Virus record (IMG/VR): IMGVR_UViG_3300023281_001622
Coordinates: 1-64,000 of that record
Length of the DNA: 64,000 bases
Strand: one strand, 5' to 3'
Source: a virus
The notes under the pieces are model-generated. The model ran no database searches. It was not told the origin of the DNA and was given only the letters and a program-made list of their open reading frames with translations. Shown here piece by piece: positions 39,799-48,890 of this stretch. Position 1 is the first letter of the stretch, and each line of letters starts with the position of its first letter. The position numbers and the translations under genes were made by a program.

Positions 39799-41013
39799 TC
39801 ATAAGGATGTGTTTTTTGTTGCGTTTAGCAGGTATAACTCGTTTATGAGGTATTTGTTATCAACAGCATTTACGTCTTTCACTTCATGAACTATACTTAA
39901 TAGATCATCCATTATATCTATGTAGCTTAGTGTTGTATTGCTAGGTTGATACACTTCATTTTCAGAGTAGTATTTGTCAGTTTGTGAGATAGCGACGCTG
40001 ATTATATCAGATATGTCATTATATGTGTAATATTGATCGTAACTTACTGTGTCATTGGCAATTAATACATCATAAATATCAATATATCTGCACTCTTCAT
40101 AAAGAAATTGGCAAATAAAGAAGATGTCTTCGGCTTTATAGTTGTCTGTGAACGGGTTAGCCCAGTCAATATTAGTGAGGTCTAGTTCTTTATCTTCAGT
40201 AACCGTATCCTCGATGGTATCCGTATTGATCATAGGTGAGGCTATTTTCCCCTGGGATGGTGTTTTTTTTTCATATCCGTATGCTAAGTTTTTATGCTGG
40301 TTCCATTTTGGGTAGACTTTCTTTTTGGTGCATCTGTCTAACCATTCCTCAGGGAAACTGCTGTTTTTAGTAGTAGTGTTTTGCATCAGGATTGTCATCG
40401 GTGACGCGATGCAGAAATCAGGCACTTCATCTGGGATGTTTAATTCTTGCATGATCAGTTCTGCGTCAACTAATACAAACTCTTGGTGTGCTGGGCTAAC
40501 TTTCACTCCGTTTTCGAACTTTGCATTTTCGAACACGTTGAATCTACAGTGTAGTGAACGTTGTGCTTTGTTGCAGTCGCCAATAGTTAGGTGCCATCCG
40601 TTTTTTGAACGTTCATCATCAGCATCATCACCACTTTGTGAAGCGGCTGCTTTGTTATGACTGTGGATGGTGCAGTGAGTTTTCTTGAGTGCCTCAGTGA
40701 CACCAAGTAATTCTACTAATGCGATGTTATCTTCTGATTGCTGATCAAACTTTACGTGTAGTGGGCCATCTGCTTCTTGATGCCAGATAATTGGAACCCA
40801 CTCTCCGTCTAGTATGGTGAGACTGCACACACCTTCTACATCATTTTTAACACTCATGTGTGTTAGCCATGAAGATATCTGGCGATACAAATCGTAATGT
40901 AATCCTGGAAGATGGTTTTGTAGGTGCGTGGCTTTTAGTTTGCGTATAATTTCTTCTTCGTATGTTACTGACGCGCAGTCATATACGATATCAACGGTGT
41001 TTGTCTTCTTCAT
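39799..41013 (-). CDS. JAB/MPN (JAMM) metallopeptidase, deubiquitinase-like
   Basis: Upstream Glu (DVEG), then TIHSHNKAAASQSGDDADDE (HxH-x7-S-x2-D) and G.HLTIG; acidic C-terminal extension. Confidence 0.82.
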   Translation of the reverse strand: MKKTNTVDIVYDCASVTYEEEIIRKLKATHLQNHLPGLHYDLYRQISSWLTHMSVKNDVEGVCSLTILDGEWVPIIWHQEADGPLHVKFDQQSEDNIALVELLGVTEALKKTHCTIHSHNKAAASQSGDDADDERSKNGWHLTIGDCNKAQRSLHCRFNVFENAKFENGVKVSPAHQEFVLVDAELIMQELNIPDEVPDFCIASPMTILMQNTTTKNSSFPEEWLDRCTKKKVYPKWNQHKNLAYGYEKKTPSQGKIASPMINTDTIEDTVTEDKELDLTNIDWANPFTDNYKAEDIFFICQFLYEECRYIDIYDVLIANDTVSYDQYYTYNDISDIISVAISQTDKYYSENEVYQPSNTTLSYIDIMDDLLSIVHEVKDVNAVDNKYLINELYLLNATKNTSL

Positions 41014-41755
41014 CTTGTGTTTCTTTGGCTTTTGCAATTTCTTCTCTGTATAGTTTTGATTGGTATTCTTCGCCCTTACCACTTTTATAGTGTTCAGCTG
41101 CGGTGAATATGATAAGTCGACAGATGTCTTTGAATGTCATGTCGTCGTTTGGCACTCTGGCGGTGAAGAAGTCTTCTGTGTTTTCTCTGATTGTGTAATC
41201 AACACCTGCTACACCTAGAGGATCTCTTCGTATTGTGCGGATACAATCGTCTTGCTGTATTGCTGACATGGTTCTGTTGTATGGTTTCATCTTATTTTCA
41301 GATACATGTAAGCATGAACCGATTGCAATTTCCTGTGCTGGTAGGTCTAGGATTTCTGCCACTATGTTGGCATCACTTCTACTTTCACTTTTAACTTCAC
41401 TCCAGCTGAGGTCTGATTTGATGATGCTACTTGAATTCACATATCTCGTATCAGTGTTGTAGTAGAGGATGTTTAAAGATCCTGAGACACTATATTCATG
41501 TGCAAATATTGTGATTAGTGATTCAAGGAAGTCAGCGTGGAACCAATCATCGAAAGCGTCCTGTGTTTCCATATCTGTCCATTCACCATATGATAAATGT
41601 TTGGAGAAATCTTCTTCAATTGTATTACACACTTGATCCAATAGGTTGCGACGTGAAGGTCTGCCCGTATCTGCTGCCAGAATGAATTTGTGCCAGTGCA
41701 AATATCGCACGGAGCAATTATCGCGTATGTGTTTTATAAATTCTTCAGTTTTCAT
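40991..41755 (-). CDS. Hypothetical protein within the Ubl-conjugation operon
   Basis: Lies between the E1 and JAB genes. Confidence 0.55.
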   Translation of the reverse strand: MKTEEFIKHIRDNCSVRYLHWHKFILAADTGRPSRRNLLDQVCNTIEEDFSKHLSYGEWTDMETQDAFDDWFHADFLESLITIFAHEYSVSGSLNILYYNTDTRYVNSSSIIKSDLSWSEVKSESRSDANIVAEILDLPAQEIAIGSCLHVSENKMKPYNRTMSAIQQDDCIRTIRRDPLGVAGVDYTIRENTEDFFTARVPNDDMTFKDICRLIIFTAAEHYKSGKGEEYQSKLYREEIAKAKETQDEEDKHR

Positions 41756-41759
41756 AATG

Positions 41760-42407
41760 TTATGGTGTAATGTCTTTGATTTGTTTCCAGATTGGCCATG
41801 GTGTGCTGACTATTTCTGCAAGGTAGTTGCTTGGGTTGTTGCAAGTGCGTAGTGATTCCCAAATGTGTAGTCCGTGAGATGCTGCACAATAGTTGGCGGC
41901 TGGCATCTGGACGTTTTCCTCGATGATTTCCACACCTGCACATGTCTCCTGGCGTCCTTCAGGTAGCTCGTTGAGTTTCCATCGAATGTATGGGTCTTTA
42001 TTGGTGTATGCATATTCAGGAAGATATAGCCACGCCATAGGTTCCCACTCTTCGTTGCCACATATGATAAGCGGAACATCATGCTTGTTGGCTAGGTTGG
42101 CTGCTTGTTGTCGTGCGTCATTGTTATCTACACAGCAGAAGATAAGATCTGTATCTAAGTCTTCGTTACCACGAACCATTTTAGGGACAGCTGTTACGGT
42201 TTTGTTGCCTCCGTTGAATATGTTAGCGAGTGTAGTGGCTTTGTTGTCGCCAATGCTATCTGCACTGTAGATTTGACGTGTAATGTTTTTTTCTTCGTAG
42301 TCGTCACCATCGTAGATGGTTACGTCCACTACAGGGACAATAGCAGGTAATACCATGGATCCTGTTCCACCTGCTCCGATGAGTGTTACTTTATTGATGT
42401 TGATCAT
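41760..42407 (-). CDS. ThiF/E1-family adenylyltransferase (ubiquitin-activating-like)
   Basis: LIGAGGTGS, DGD..E.KN..RQ, NKA, CVDNNDAR, CGNE and putative catalytic Cys (ETC). Confidence 0.9.
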   Translation of the reverse strand: MININKVTLIGAGGTGSMVLPAIVPVVDVTIYDGDDYEEKNITRQIYSADSIGDNKATTLANIFNGGNKTVTAVPKMVRGNEDLDTDLIFCCVDNNDARQQAANLANKHDVPLIICGNEEWEPMAWLYLPEYAYTNKDPYIRWKLNELPEGRQETCAGVEIIEENVQMPAANYCAASHGLHIWESLRTCNNPSNYLAEIVSTPWPIWKQIKDITP

Positions 42408-42591
42408 AATTGCTGATGCCTGGGGCTAATGTGTTTAATGTGTTTGCCAATGCTTTGCGTTGATCGATGTGATTGGTGAACATCTTGATGAGTTGTTTAG
42501 ATTTCACGGTATTAAGACTAGAATTGGCAATGAGTTCGATGATTGTGTTGAGCTCAATTTTTGTGTTATGATGTGTATTTAATCTGCTCAT
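42391..42591 (-). CDS. Small helical protein within the Ubl operon
   Basis: Overlaps both the E2-like and E1 genes. Confidence 0.45.
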   Translation of the reverse strand: MSRLNTHHNTKIELNTIIELIANSSLNTVKSKQLIKMFTNHIDQRKALANTLNTLAPGISNYDQHQ

Positions 42592-43225
42592 GATTTAGTT
42601 TGTTTCTTTCATACTTCTGGATGCACACTACGCCGTTTTTATTTGCGTATAGATTAGCTGCACATTGTCGTTGGTCTTGCATATCATTCTCGTGATTAGT
42701 TAGCAGGTGGTTGTTACCTGGTGCTGATTCATATGTTGCAATGATGTTTTGTGGCGGGGTGGCAATAGGGAAGGTTTGCTCAAAGCACATCCTGCCGTCG
42801 TCGAATACGTTGGTTGTGAGTGCCGCTCTATCGGTGTCATTTGAGAAGATATACATGTGGTTGTGTGCTGAGGAATTATCACCTGTGTGGATGATCATGG
42901 TTACATCTTCGATACCAATTGATTGTTGTTCCACCTCTGTGTTTGTTTCGTTGTAGTCAGGGTCTACAAGGTGAATAGTGTCACTTGAGCCTTTATAGAT
43001 GACGGGCATTTTTGAATATAGAAGGTCACACTTTATGACGTGTGTGATGTATTTGCCGTTAGCGAATATTTTATGCCAAAAATGTCTGTTGTCGTAGGTG
43101 AATGGCATGAAGTCTTGCATCACGCATGTGCCGTGAAGCACTTCTTGTGGGAGTGTTGATTTATACTGCACCTCATATAGTTTGGTGATGCCGTTTTCCA
43201 CTCGTGTTAGGTATGTTGGTTCCAT
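42566..43225 (-). CDS. Prokaryotic E2 (UBC-like) protein
   Basis: TNVFDDGRMC matches the UBC active-site pattern (P)N(V/I)xxxGxxC, followed by GNNHL; lies between the Ubl and E1 genes. Confidence 0.65.
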   Translation of the reverse strand: MEPTYLTRVENGITKLYEVQYKSTLPQEVLHGTCVMQDFMPFTYDNRHFWHKIFANGKYITHVIKCDLLYSKMPVIYKGSSDTIHLVDPDYNETNTEVEQQSIGIEDVTMIIHTGDNSSAHNHMYIFSNDTDRAALTTNVFDDGRMCFEQTFPIATPPQNIIATYESAPGNNHLLTNHENDMQDQRQCAANLYANKNGVVCIQKYERNKLNHEQIKYTS

Positions 43226-43246
43226 AATATTTTAGATATAAGATAG

Positions 43247-43283
43247 AGAGATGCCCCAATGCTTGCTACAAAGGGGCATCTCT
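43247..43283 (-). terminator. 11-bp perfect hairpin between the Ubl and E2 genes (partial terminator or mRNA stabiliser)
   Basis: AGAGATGCCCC...GGGGCATCTCT. Confidence 0.55.
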
Positions 43284-43289
43284 AGTGTG

Positions 43290-43520
43290 TTAGGACTTAG
43301 ATGAAGCTGTGTTCATATATCCAACTTTGATGTCAGGTGTGATGGGTGTATCACAGCTTGCAGCTACTCCATTAACTGTTGGTGTGCCTGTTGCACTAAA
43401 GTTGTAATCCTCACGGAATTCAGTAGTGATAAGCTCACCAATGTTGGATGCTGTTGTCTCGTGTAGAACTGGTGTTGATACACCATTATCTACCAAGATG
43501 AATTTGCTTGTTCCAGGCAT
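43290..43520 (-). CDS. Ubiquitin-like (beta-grasp) protein, 76 aa
   Basis: Starts at a TAATG overlap; strand-strand-helix (NIGELI)...VNG...DTPI...V pattern of ThiS/MoaD-like folds; ends ASSKS; directly upstream of E2-E1-JAB. Confidence 0.65.
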   Translation of the reverse strand: MPGTSKFILVDNGVSTPVLHETTASNIGELITTEFREDYNFSATGTPTVNGVAASCDTPITPDIKVGYMNTASSKS

Positions 43521-43813
43521 TAGACGTTTGGTTTGTTGTAGCAAAGAGCGTAGGTGTTGCTGGCAGCTTCTAGTTCAGCTGTTTTTGCATCTACGTTTTT
43601 TGCGTGGTTAATAATGTTCTGGAAGCTAGGCTTCTCAGAGTTTTTGAGTGCGATGATGTATGCATCACGCTCGTTTTCAGCAACTGAGACAGCGTGACGG
43701 CATTCCATCACGACTTGTCTCGCTTGTAGCTCTAAGGACTCAACTTTAAGCTGAGTGTTAGTGGCCTTATTTTCATCCTGATCATCAGACCAGTATTCTT
43801 CTATCGTTTTCAT
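43520..43813 (-). CDS. Coiled-coil protein translationally coupled to the Ubl
   Basis: Heptad pattern; stop overlaps the Ubl ATG. Confidence 0.6.
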   Translation of the reverse strand: MKTIEEYWSDDQDENKATNTQLKVESLELQARQVVMECRHAVSVAENERDAYIIALKNSEKPSFQNIINHAKNVDAKTAELEAASNTYALCYNKPNV

Positions 43814-43835
43814 ATGCTATATGGTATTAGGGAGA

Positions 43836-44131
43836 GGGTAAGCTCAGTCGGATTTCTACCGACAATTGTGCAAGTTTATCTACTTACAGTGACTTTCGTT
43901 GACCGTGATCTTGACGATCTAGATCCACTAGCTACTCATCATGTGCATGAGCATTGAGTGGCATGCGTAGAACGTTCGTGTCGTTGGTGCTAGAAATGTG
44001 ACTGAATTTCGATAATCCGTAAGTCAACTTACACATATACGGATTCCTTCATTACAGTGATGTAATGTTGTCGTGCATATCATTCACTAGATGATGTGCT
44101 TTTTGGATATGAGCTTGGGAAATGATTACCA
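43836..44131 (-). ncRNA. Candidate structured RNA leader/ncRNA upstream of the Ubl operon
   Basis: Closing stem AAGCTCA/TGAGCTT enclosing several hairpins. Confidence 0.45.
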
Positions 44132-44140
44132 GTTTCTGGA

Positions 44141-44458
44141 TTACCAGTTACTGCGTTCCTCTTTGAGGTTTTCACGCTTTACTGTGTAGACGTTTAGGTA
44201 ACTCAGTTCATCTGCAAGTTCTTCAGCGTTGAACTTGTCACGTGACGCTTGCTTTTTGATGGCGAATTGTGCCAACACTACACGATCTGCAATTGCTTGC
44301 ATGTTGGCTGGCATGTAGTCAGTGAGGACGAGTTTGTCTCTCACTGCTTCTTGGGCATCATCGTATCCAATTTGGATATCGGCATCTGCAAACTCAGGAA
44401 CTGCGATGGACAATGCTTCTGCTACTTTTTTATCTGTTGCGAATATTACTTTACTCAT
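44141..44458 (-). CDS. Hypothetical phage protein
   Basis: ATG ORF with an A-rich upstream region. Confidence 0.6.
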   Translation of the reverse strand: MSKVIFATDKKVAEALSIAVPEFADADIQIGYDDAQEAVRDKLVLTDYMPANMQAIADRVVLAQFAIKKQASRDKFNAEELADELSYLNVYTVKRENLKEERSNW

Positions 44459-44707
44459 AATTTTTTTATATTTAGTTTTTTACCGACCTTCCACTGTCAC
44501 CAGACAGCGGAAAATACACCAAACAACAGGCAGGCGACTTGTCGCCTCGTTCGCCAACGGCGAACAGGAACAGAACAGACAGCGAGAGAAGACAAGAGAA
44601 CGAAAGACAGCAAACAAAGAGATAACCATATAATATATGTATTATATATATATACGTGATTTGCTTTTGATGACGTGTCAAACCAAAAGACCGAAAAAAC
44701 CAGCGTG

Positions 44708-44748
44708 CAAAAAAAAGCCCGCTCGAGCGTGGTGCTCAAACGGGCTTT
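44708..44748 (-). terminator. Rho-independent terminator after the 518-aa gene
   Basis: AAAGCCCG...CGGGCTTT stem followed by a T-run on the - strand. Confidence 0.7.
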
Positions 44749-44760
44749 GTGTGTGTGTGT

Positions 44761-46317
44761 TTAGTGAGGCAGAAACGCCTTAAGTCCTAGATGCCTAATG
44801 GCTTTGTTCTTGTCTTCTTTTGTAGTGAACGCGTTGATTTCTATGGTGTCACCTGGAGTTCTTACAAGGGCAATTTTGCCGTATACAAGCTTTTTGCGAT
44901 ACAAGTTGTCTAAGGCAATCTTACCAAAATGCAGCATTAGTTTGTCGATTTGCTTGAGGAACTTTTTGTCTTCTTTTTTCTTTGACTTGAATGGGTCAAT
45001 CAAGCCTTCGACAATGAGGATGTCCATAGCTTCACGAAGCCACATGCCACGCTTAGCAATCTTGTTACCATGCTTGTCATACTGGTGGTAGATGTCGCCC
45101 CAGAGCACGATGGCGTCTGCTGGTTGCATGTCACCATCCCAGAGTGCCTGAGCAATTTCAGGTATCATAGGACATTCTGGGCACTCAGGGTCAGTGGCGA
45201 GGTCTACAAGGTCATCACGTCCCATGTCACGCACTAGCTTGACGTAGGAGTCGATGCCCATTTGCAAGTCAGCAAGCTCGGTGTTGCGTGCATTACCAGC
45301 TCGTTTTGAGTTGAATGCCTCAGACAGTGAATCATTGGTGATGTTGTCTGGATTGTTGACACGACCTTTGATAATGAGATCTTCGAGCTCATACATTGTT
45401 AATGGTGGGGTGTCATCTTTATCAATGATGCCATTGTCGTTTTCTGTATGCACGATGTTACCTGTATATTTGTCATACTGGTAGTTTGTGGATGAGTTGG
45501 CTGTGCTATGTAGCGAGAATAGATACATAGGGAACTCAAGGGTGTTTGCTTGATGGACGCAATCTGTCATGACAAAGCTCATGCTCAGTGTTAGCTCACG
45601 TTCTTTCAGGGCTTGTTTGAGGGCTTGTTTGCGTAGGAGTGCGTCTTGTTGTCTGTCCCCTGTCATTTCTGGCAAGGCGTCACAGGCTTTGAGTATCTTG
45701 GTGATAATGCTGAAGCGTGTGGCTTGAGGATCGTCCCAGTATGCGCGACTGGTCTTTCTAATGGGTCTTTTGGCTTTCTTGTCGTAAACATACATCAGTT
45801 TGCGTGTGTCGTATTTAACACCGATCTGTGGCATGTGTGCTACAACGTAGAACTCTTCGTGTTCTGTTGCCCAGTTGTCTGCGTTACTTGCTATCCAGGC
45901 GTCACGTCTGCGCTTGTTCTCAGCGATTTCACGCGCTTCGATGCTGGCAGCTAGTATTGGCCCTACTTGTTCTTCTTCAATATTTGTTGACTGTTCGTCA
46001 ATCCACTTGTTTGCCATCTCGCTTAATGCTCGCTCGAACTCAAAAGGAGTGAATCCTATCATTTGATCAGCCACACGTTGAGCTGATTGCTGTAAAGAGA
46101 GTTGAACCTTGTCCCTGTTATTTCTCTTGTATAGGGATAGTTCGTCACGGCTTAGTGATGGTAGGTTGCCTTGATTGATGAGCTGGTATTGATTGATGAA
46201 CTTTTCTTGCTTTCTTGCTTTTTTCTTTTTGTTTTTGATACGTTGTTGTTTATCGAGGATATCTGTATATGATAATTCGATGCCATTTGCTGTTTGTATT
46301 GTTGTTGTTGTGTTCAT
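44761..46317 (-). CDS. Large early hypothetical protein (518 aa)
   Basis: Long ORF with its own terminator; no motif recognised. Confidence 0.7.
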   Translation of the reverse strand: MNTTTTIQTANGIELSYTDILDKQQRIKNKKKKARKQEKFINQYQLINQGNLPSLSRDELSLYKRNNRDKVQLSLQQSAQRVADQMIGFTPFEFERALSEMANKWIDEQSTNIEEEQVGPILAASIEAREIAENKRRRDAWIASNADNWATEHEEFYVVAHMPQIGVKYDTRKLMYVYDKKAKRPIRKTSRAYWDDPQATRFSIITKILKACDALPEMTGDRQQDALLRKQALKQALKERELTLSMSFVMTDCVHQANTLEFPMYLFSLHSTANSSTNYQYDKYTGNIVHTENDNGIIDKDDTPPLTMYELEDLIIKGRVNNPDNITNDSLSEAFNSKRAGNARNTELADLQMGIDSYVKLVRDMGRDDLVDLATDPECPECPMIPEIAQALWDGDMQPADAIVLWGDIYHQYDKHGNKIAKRGMWLREAMDILIVEGLIDPFKSKKKEDKKFLKQIDKLMLHFGKIALDNLYRKKLVYGKIALVRTPGDTIEINAFTTKEDKNKAIRHLGLKAFLPH

Positions 46318-46811
46318 AAATATGTGTTTTGTTTTGTAATAGTTGCACGATTGATAGCAATCTCTGTTAGTTTTTTGTTGTTAGGTGAATAAAAATGAGC
46401 TTTGTCTGCACCCTTTGTAAGTTCTTAATGGTTAGAAGGATATTTGTTTTGTGACATATTTTTTAGGGGGTTCATCACGTAAGGATTTGTTAATAGTTTG
46501 ACTTTGCATACTTTTCATGATACTTATGCAGATATGCATTAGTAAGTGGACAGGTCGACTTACTTAGACGTTCACGTGACGTCACTGATTGAAATATATA
46601 TACTCAATTCAGTGTCACCATACGGGTGATCTTGCAGGTGAACGTGGTTGATACGTGTCTACCTATTGCCTATTGTTTGTAGGACATTTCTGTATTTTGC
46701 GTAGTTTAGTTGCAACTAACGTATTAGTTGTCACGAATGTATATTCGCCATGAAGGCGGGGCTATTCTCGGCTTATACCGTGATGAACTAAAAACGTGCT
46801 ATAATATAGCT

Positions 46812-47339
46812 ATGTCTAGTTTGTCTGATCGAAGGAAGAGTGATCCTAGAAAGTTACCTATTCCCTGGGCTGAGGTGGAAGCTTTGTATTGTGCTGGGCA
46901 CAGTGGAGCTGATATTGCAGAGGAATATGCTGATACAGGACTCACTGTGGGCAATTTAAGGAGACGAGCATCATCTGAATGCTGGCCTACTCCTCATAAT
47001 CTTCGTAAGAGAGCTAATGAGCTCATTAAGCAAGCTGAGAAGGGTGAGTTGTCTAATAGAGCTAATGATCCAGTGGAGGCGTTAGCACAGCGTGTAGCCA
47101 CACAGCAACTAGATCATCAAAATCAGGTGTTGGACATCACGGGTCAAGCCCTCACTGACTTGAAAGAGAGTGGTAGAAAGATCATAAGATCAGCACATGA
47201 CTTCGAGCTGATTGATCGGGTTGCTAGAAGAACAATGGACTTGGATAAGGAGGATGAGACAAAGAACTTAGCTATTAACATAAATTCATTTGCTCACCCC
47301 CCTACACCTGTCGAGGGCTCTGTTGTGGATATTGATTAA
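46812..47339 (+). CDS. terS: Putative terminase small subunit (N-terminal HTH), displaced into the early region
   Basis: W.EVEALY.AG.S..DIA...T..NLRRRAS.E.W HTH and C-terminal ININ...VVDID; TGCTATAAT 6 nt upstream of the ATG. Confidence 0.55.
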   Translation: MSSLSDRRKSDPRKLPIPWAEVEALYCAGHSGADIAEEYADTGLTVGNLRRRASSECWPTPHNLRKRANELIKQAEKGELSNRANDPVEALAQRVATQQLDHQNQVLDITGQALTDLKESGRKIIRSAHDFELIDRVARRTMDLDKEDETKNLAININSFAHPPTPVEGSVVDID

Positions 47340-47341
47340 GC

Positions 47342-47692
47342 CTACCAGTTGGCGTTGTAGATCACTTCTTTGCCTGCACGTAGTGCGTCATAGGCGTGTC
47401 CTAAGAACTCTATGTCCAACTCTCGATTGAATTCACATTCTCTAGTGTCACTGCCATAAAAGAATCCTTTTGTTTCAGGTAGTGTTTTGTCGTGAATAGC
47501 ATCTTCCAACTTTAGTAAGTCTTCTAATGTTATAGACATATCCATGCAGTTCATGCTGCCTTCCGAGTTTTTGTCTTGCCACAGCATTTCCATCCATCCT
47601 TGCAGGGCGTTGTGTTTGCGCCACTGTTGGATGAGTTTTTCTTCTGCGTCACTGTCTTTGTCTCTTGTATATGCGTATTGGTCTAATCCCAT
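47342..47692 (-). CDS. Conserved hypothetical phage protein
   Basis: MGLDQY...WRKHNALQGWM...LP.T.GFF.G...Y..W pattern. Confidence 0.7.
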   Translation of the reverse strand: MGLDQYAYTRDKDSDAEEKLIQQWRKHNALQGWMEMLWQDKNSEGSMNCMDMSITLEDLLKLEDAIHDKTLPETKGFFYGSDTRECEFNRELDIEFLGHAYDALRAGKEVIYNANW

Positions 47693-47840
47693 GGTATTCT
47701 TGGTTGTTGTTTGTTGTTGGTTGGTTGAAAGATATGTAAAGAGATTTGTGTCTCTATTTTGTAAATCGACAGCATAGGGACAGTGACAGCATCGGAGATG
47801 CCCTGCTCCCTGCGTTTCATCATTTGAGTGCGGTTTGTGA

Positions 47841-48032
47841 GTGCGGTTCGTGAGTGCTTCGTGCTGCCGAAGACGAGCTTGCGAGTTGCAGGCTGTAAAG
47901 CCAGAGGGCGTAAGCCCGACAGCTGTTGAGGCGAAGCCTCCTGGGTGCGGCTCGTGAACCCGTCTGTCTGCCTAAGACGAGCTCGCGAGTTGCAGGCTAT
48001 AGAGCGAACGGGCGCAAGCCCGTCAGCTGCTG
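47841..48032. repeat. Two approx. 88-bp imperfect direct repeats (period 104) with small hairpins
   Basis: GTGCGGYTCGTGA...AAGACGAGCTYGCGAGTTGCAGGCT...GGGCGYAAGCCCG.CAGCTG at 47841 and 47945. Confidence 0.8.
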
Positions 48033-48090
48033 CGAATGGAGAGAAAGCAAACCCCAGCCGAAGGCCGGGGCTTGCTTGAACGAATGAGAC

Positions 48091-48498
48091 TTAGAAAGGT
48101 GCTGACTCAGAACGTGTCACGTAAGCTTTAATACGTGTTTTCATCACCTTAATGGTGCATGTGTAGTGGACATATCCATTACCCTCTCGTGAGTAGTCAC
48201 GAAATTTGAATCCGTGACAGAGGATATCGTCATACACTTTTGAATATGTTTGAGGGTTGCCAGACTCTCTCTTAAGGCTACCGTCCTTATTTTTAGCTGC
48301 GTGACAAAGCTTGTAGCCATCTCTGGCGAGATTAACCTCAGCGTCGGTGAGAATGTGACCGTCCTTGGGAATTGGACGCGATGTGATCTCGTTGAGGAAA
48401 TCCGCGATGCGTTGAACGGGTTGCTTATACTTAAAAGGCTGAAGGACTTCAGGCTTAGGAGACACCTCGACGTTATTTGTAACATTTACATTAGACAT
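48091..48498 (-). CDS. Early hypothetical protein
   Basis: Likely start at MSNVNV. Confidence 0.6.
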   Translation of the reverse strand: MSNVNVTNNVEVSPKPEVLQPFKYKQPVQRIADFLNEITSRPIPKDGHILTDAEVNLARDGYKLCHAAKNKDGSLKRESGNPQTYSKVYDDILCHGFKFRDYSREGNGYVHYTCTIKVMKTRIKAYVTRSESAPF

Positions 48499-48890
48499 AA
48501 TATTAGTTTGGTTTGCAGGAGACACAAGTCGTCGTTCCAATAGTGAAACAGCCAAATTAGCGGCGTAGTCGATCGGAAGAATACCGAAAGACAACCGACA
48601 GCGCATCGCCCTACGCAGTAGAAAGGGCGGTAAAAGATTAAAAACTCACACCCTTACACTCAGTGCCGCTGATCACTCAGTGCCACTGACACACACCGCC
48701 AAAACGAAAGTCGGGGAGAAAAAAAGAAACGCACACGATATACGACACACAACTTCAGGAGCAAACTACCTTTTATCCGTAGGAGAGAACAACACACACC
48801 TTGAGATGATATCATTGCCTTTAGATGCCACACAGCAGAGAGAGAGAGAGCCTACGCAATAGGAACCAAGATGAAGAATACAAACTCAAT

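Noticed and set aside
41760-42407. ThiF/MoeB cofactor-biosynthesis auxiliary gene
   Set aside because: No thiamine or molybdopterin genes nearby, no Zn-binding CxxC pairs, and the E2-like and JAB neighbours fit conjugation better
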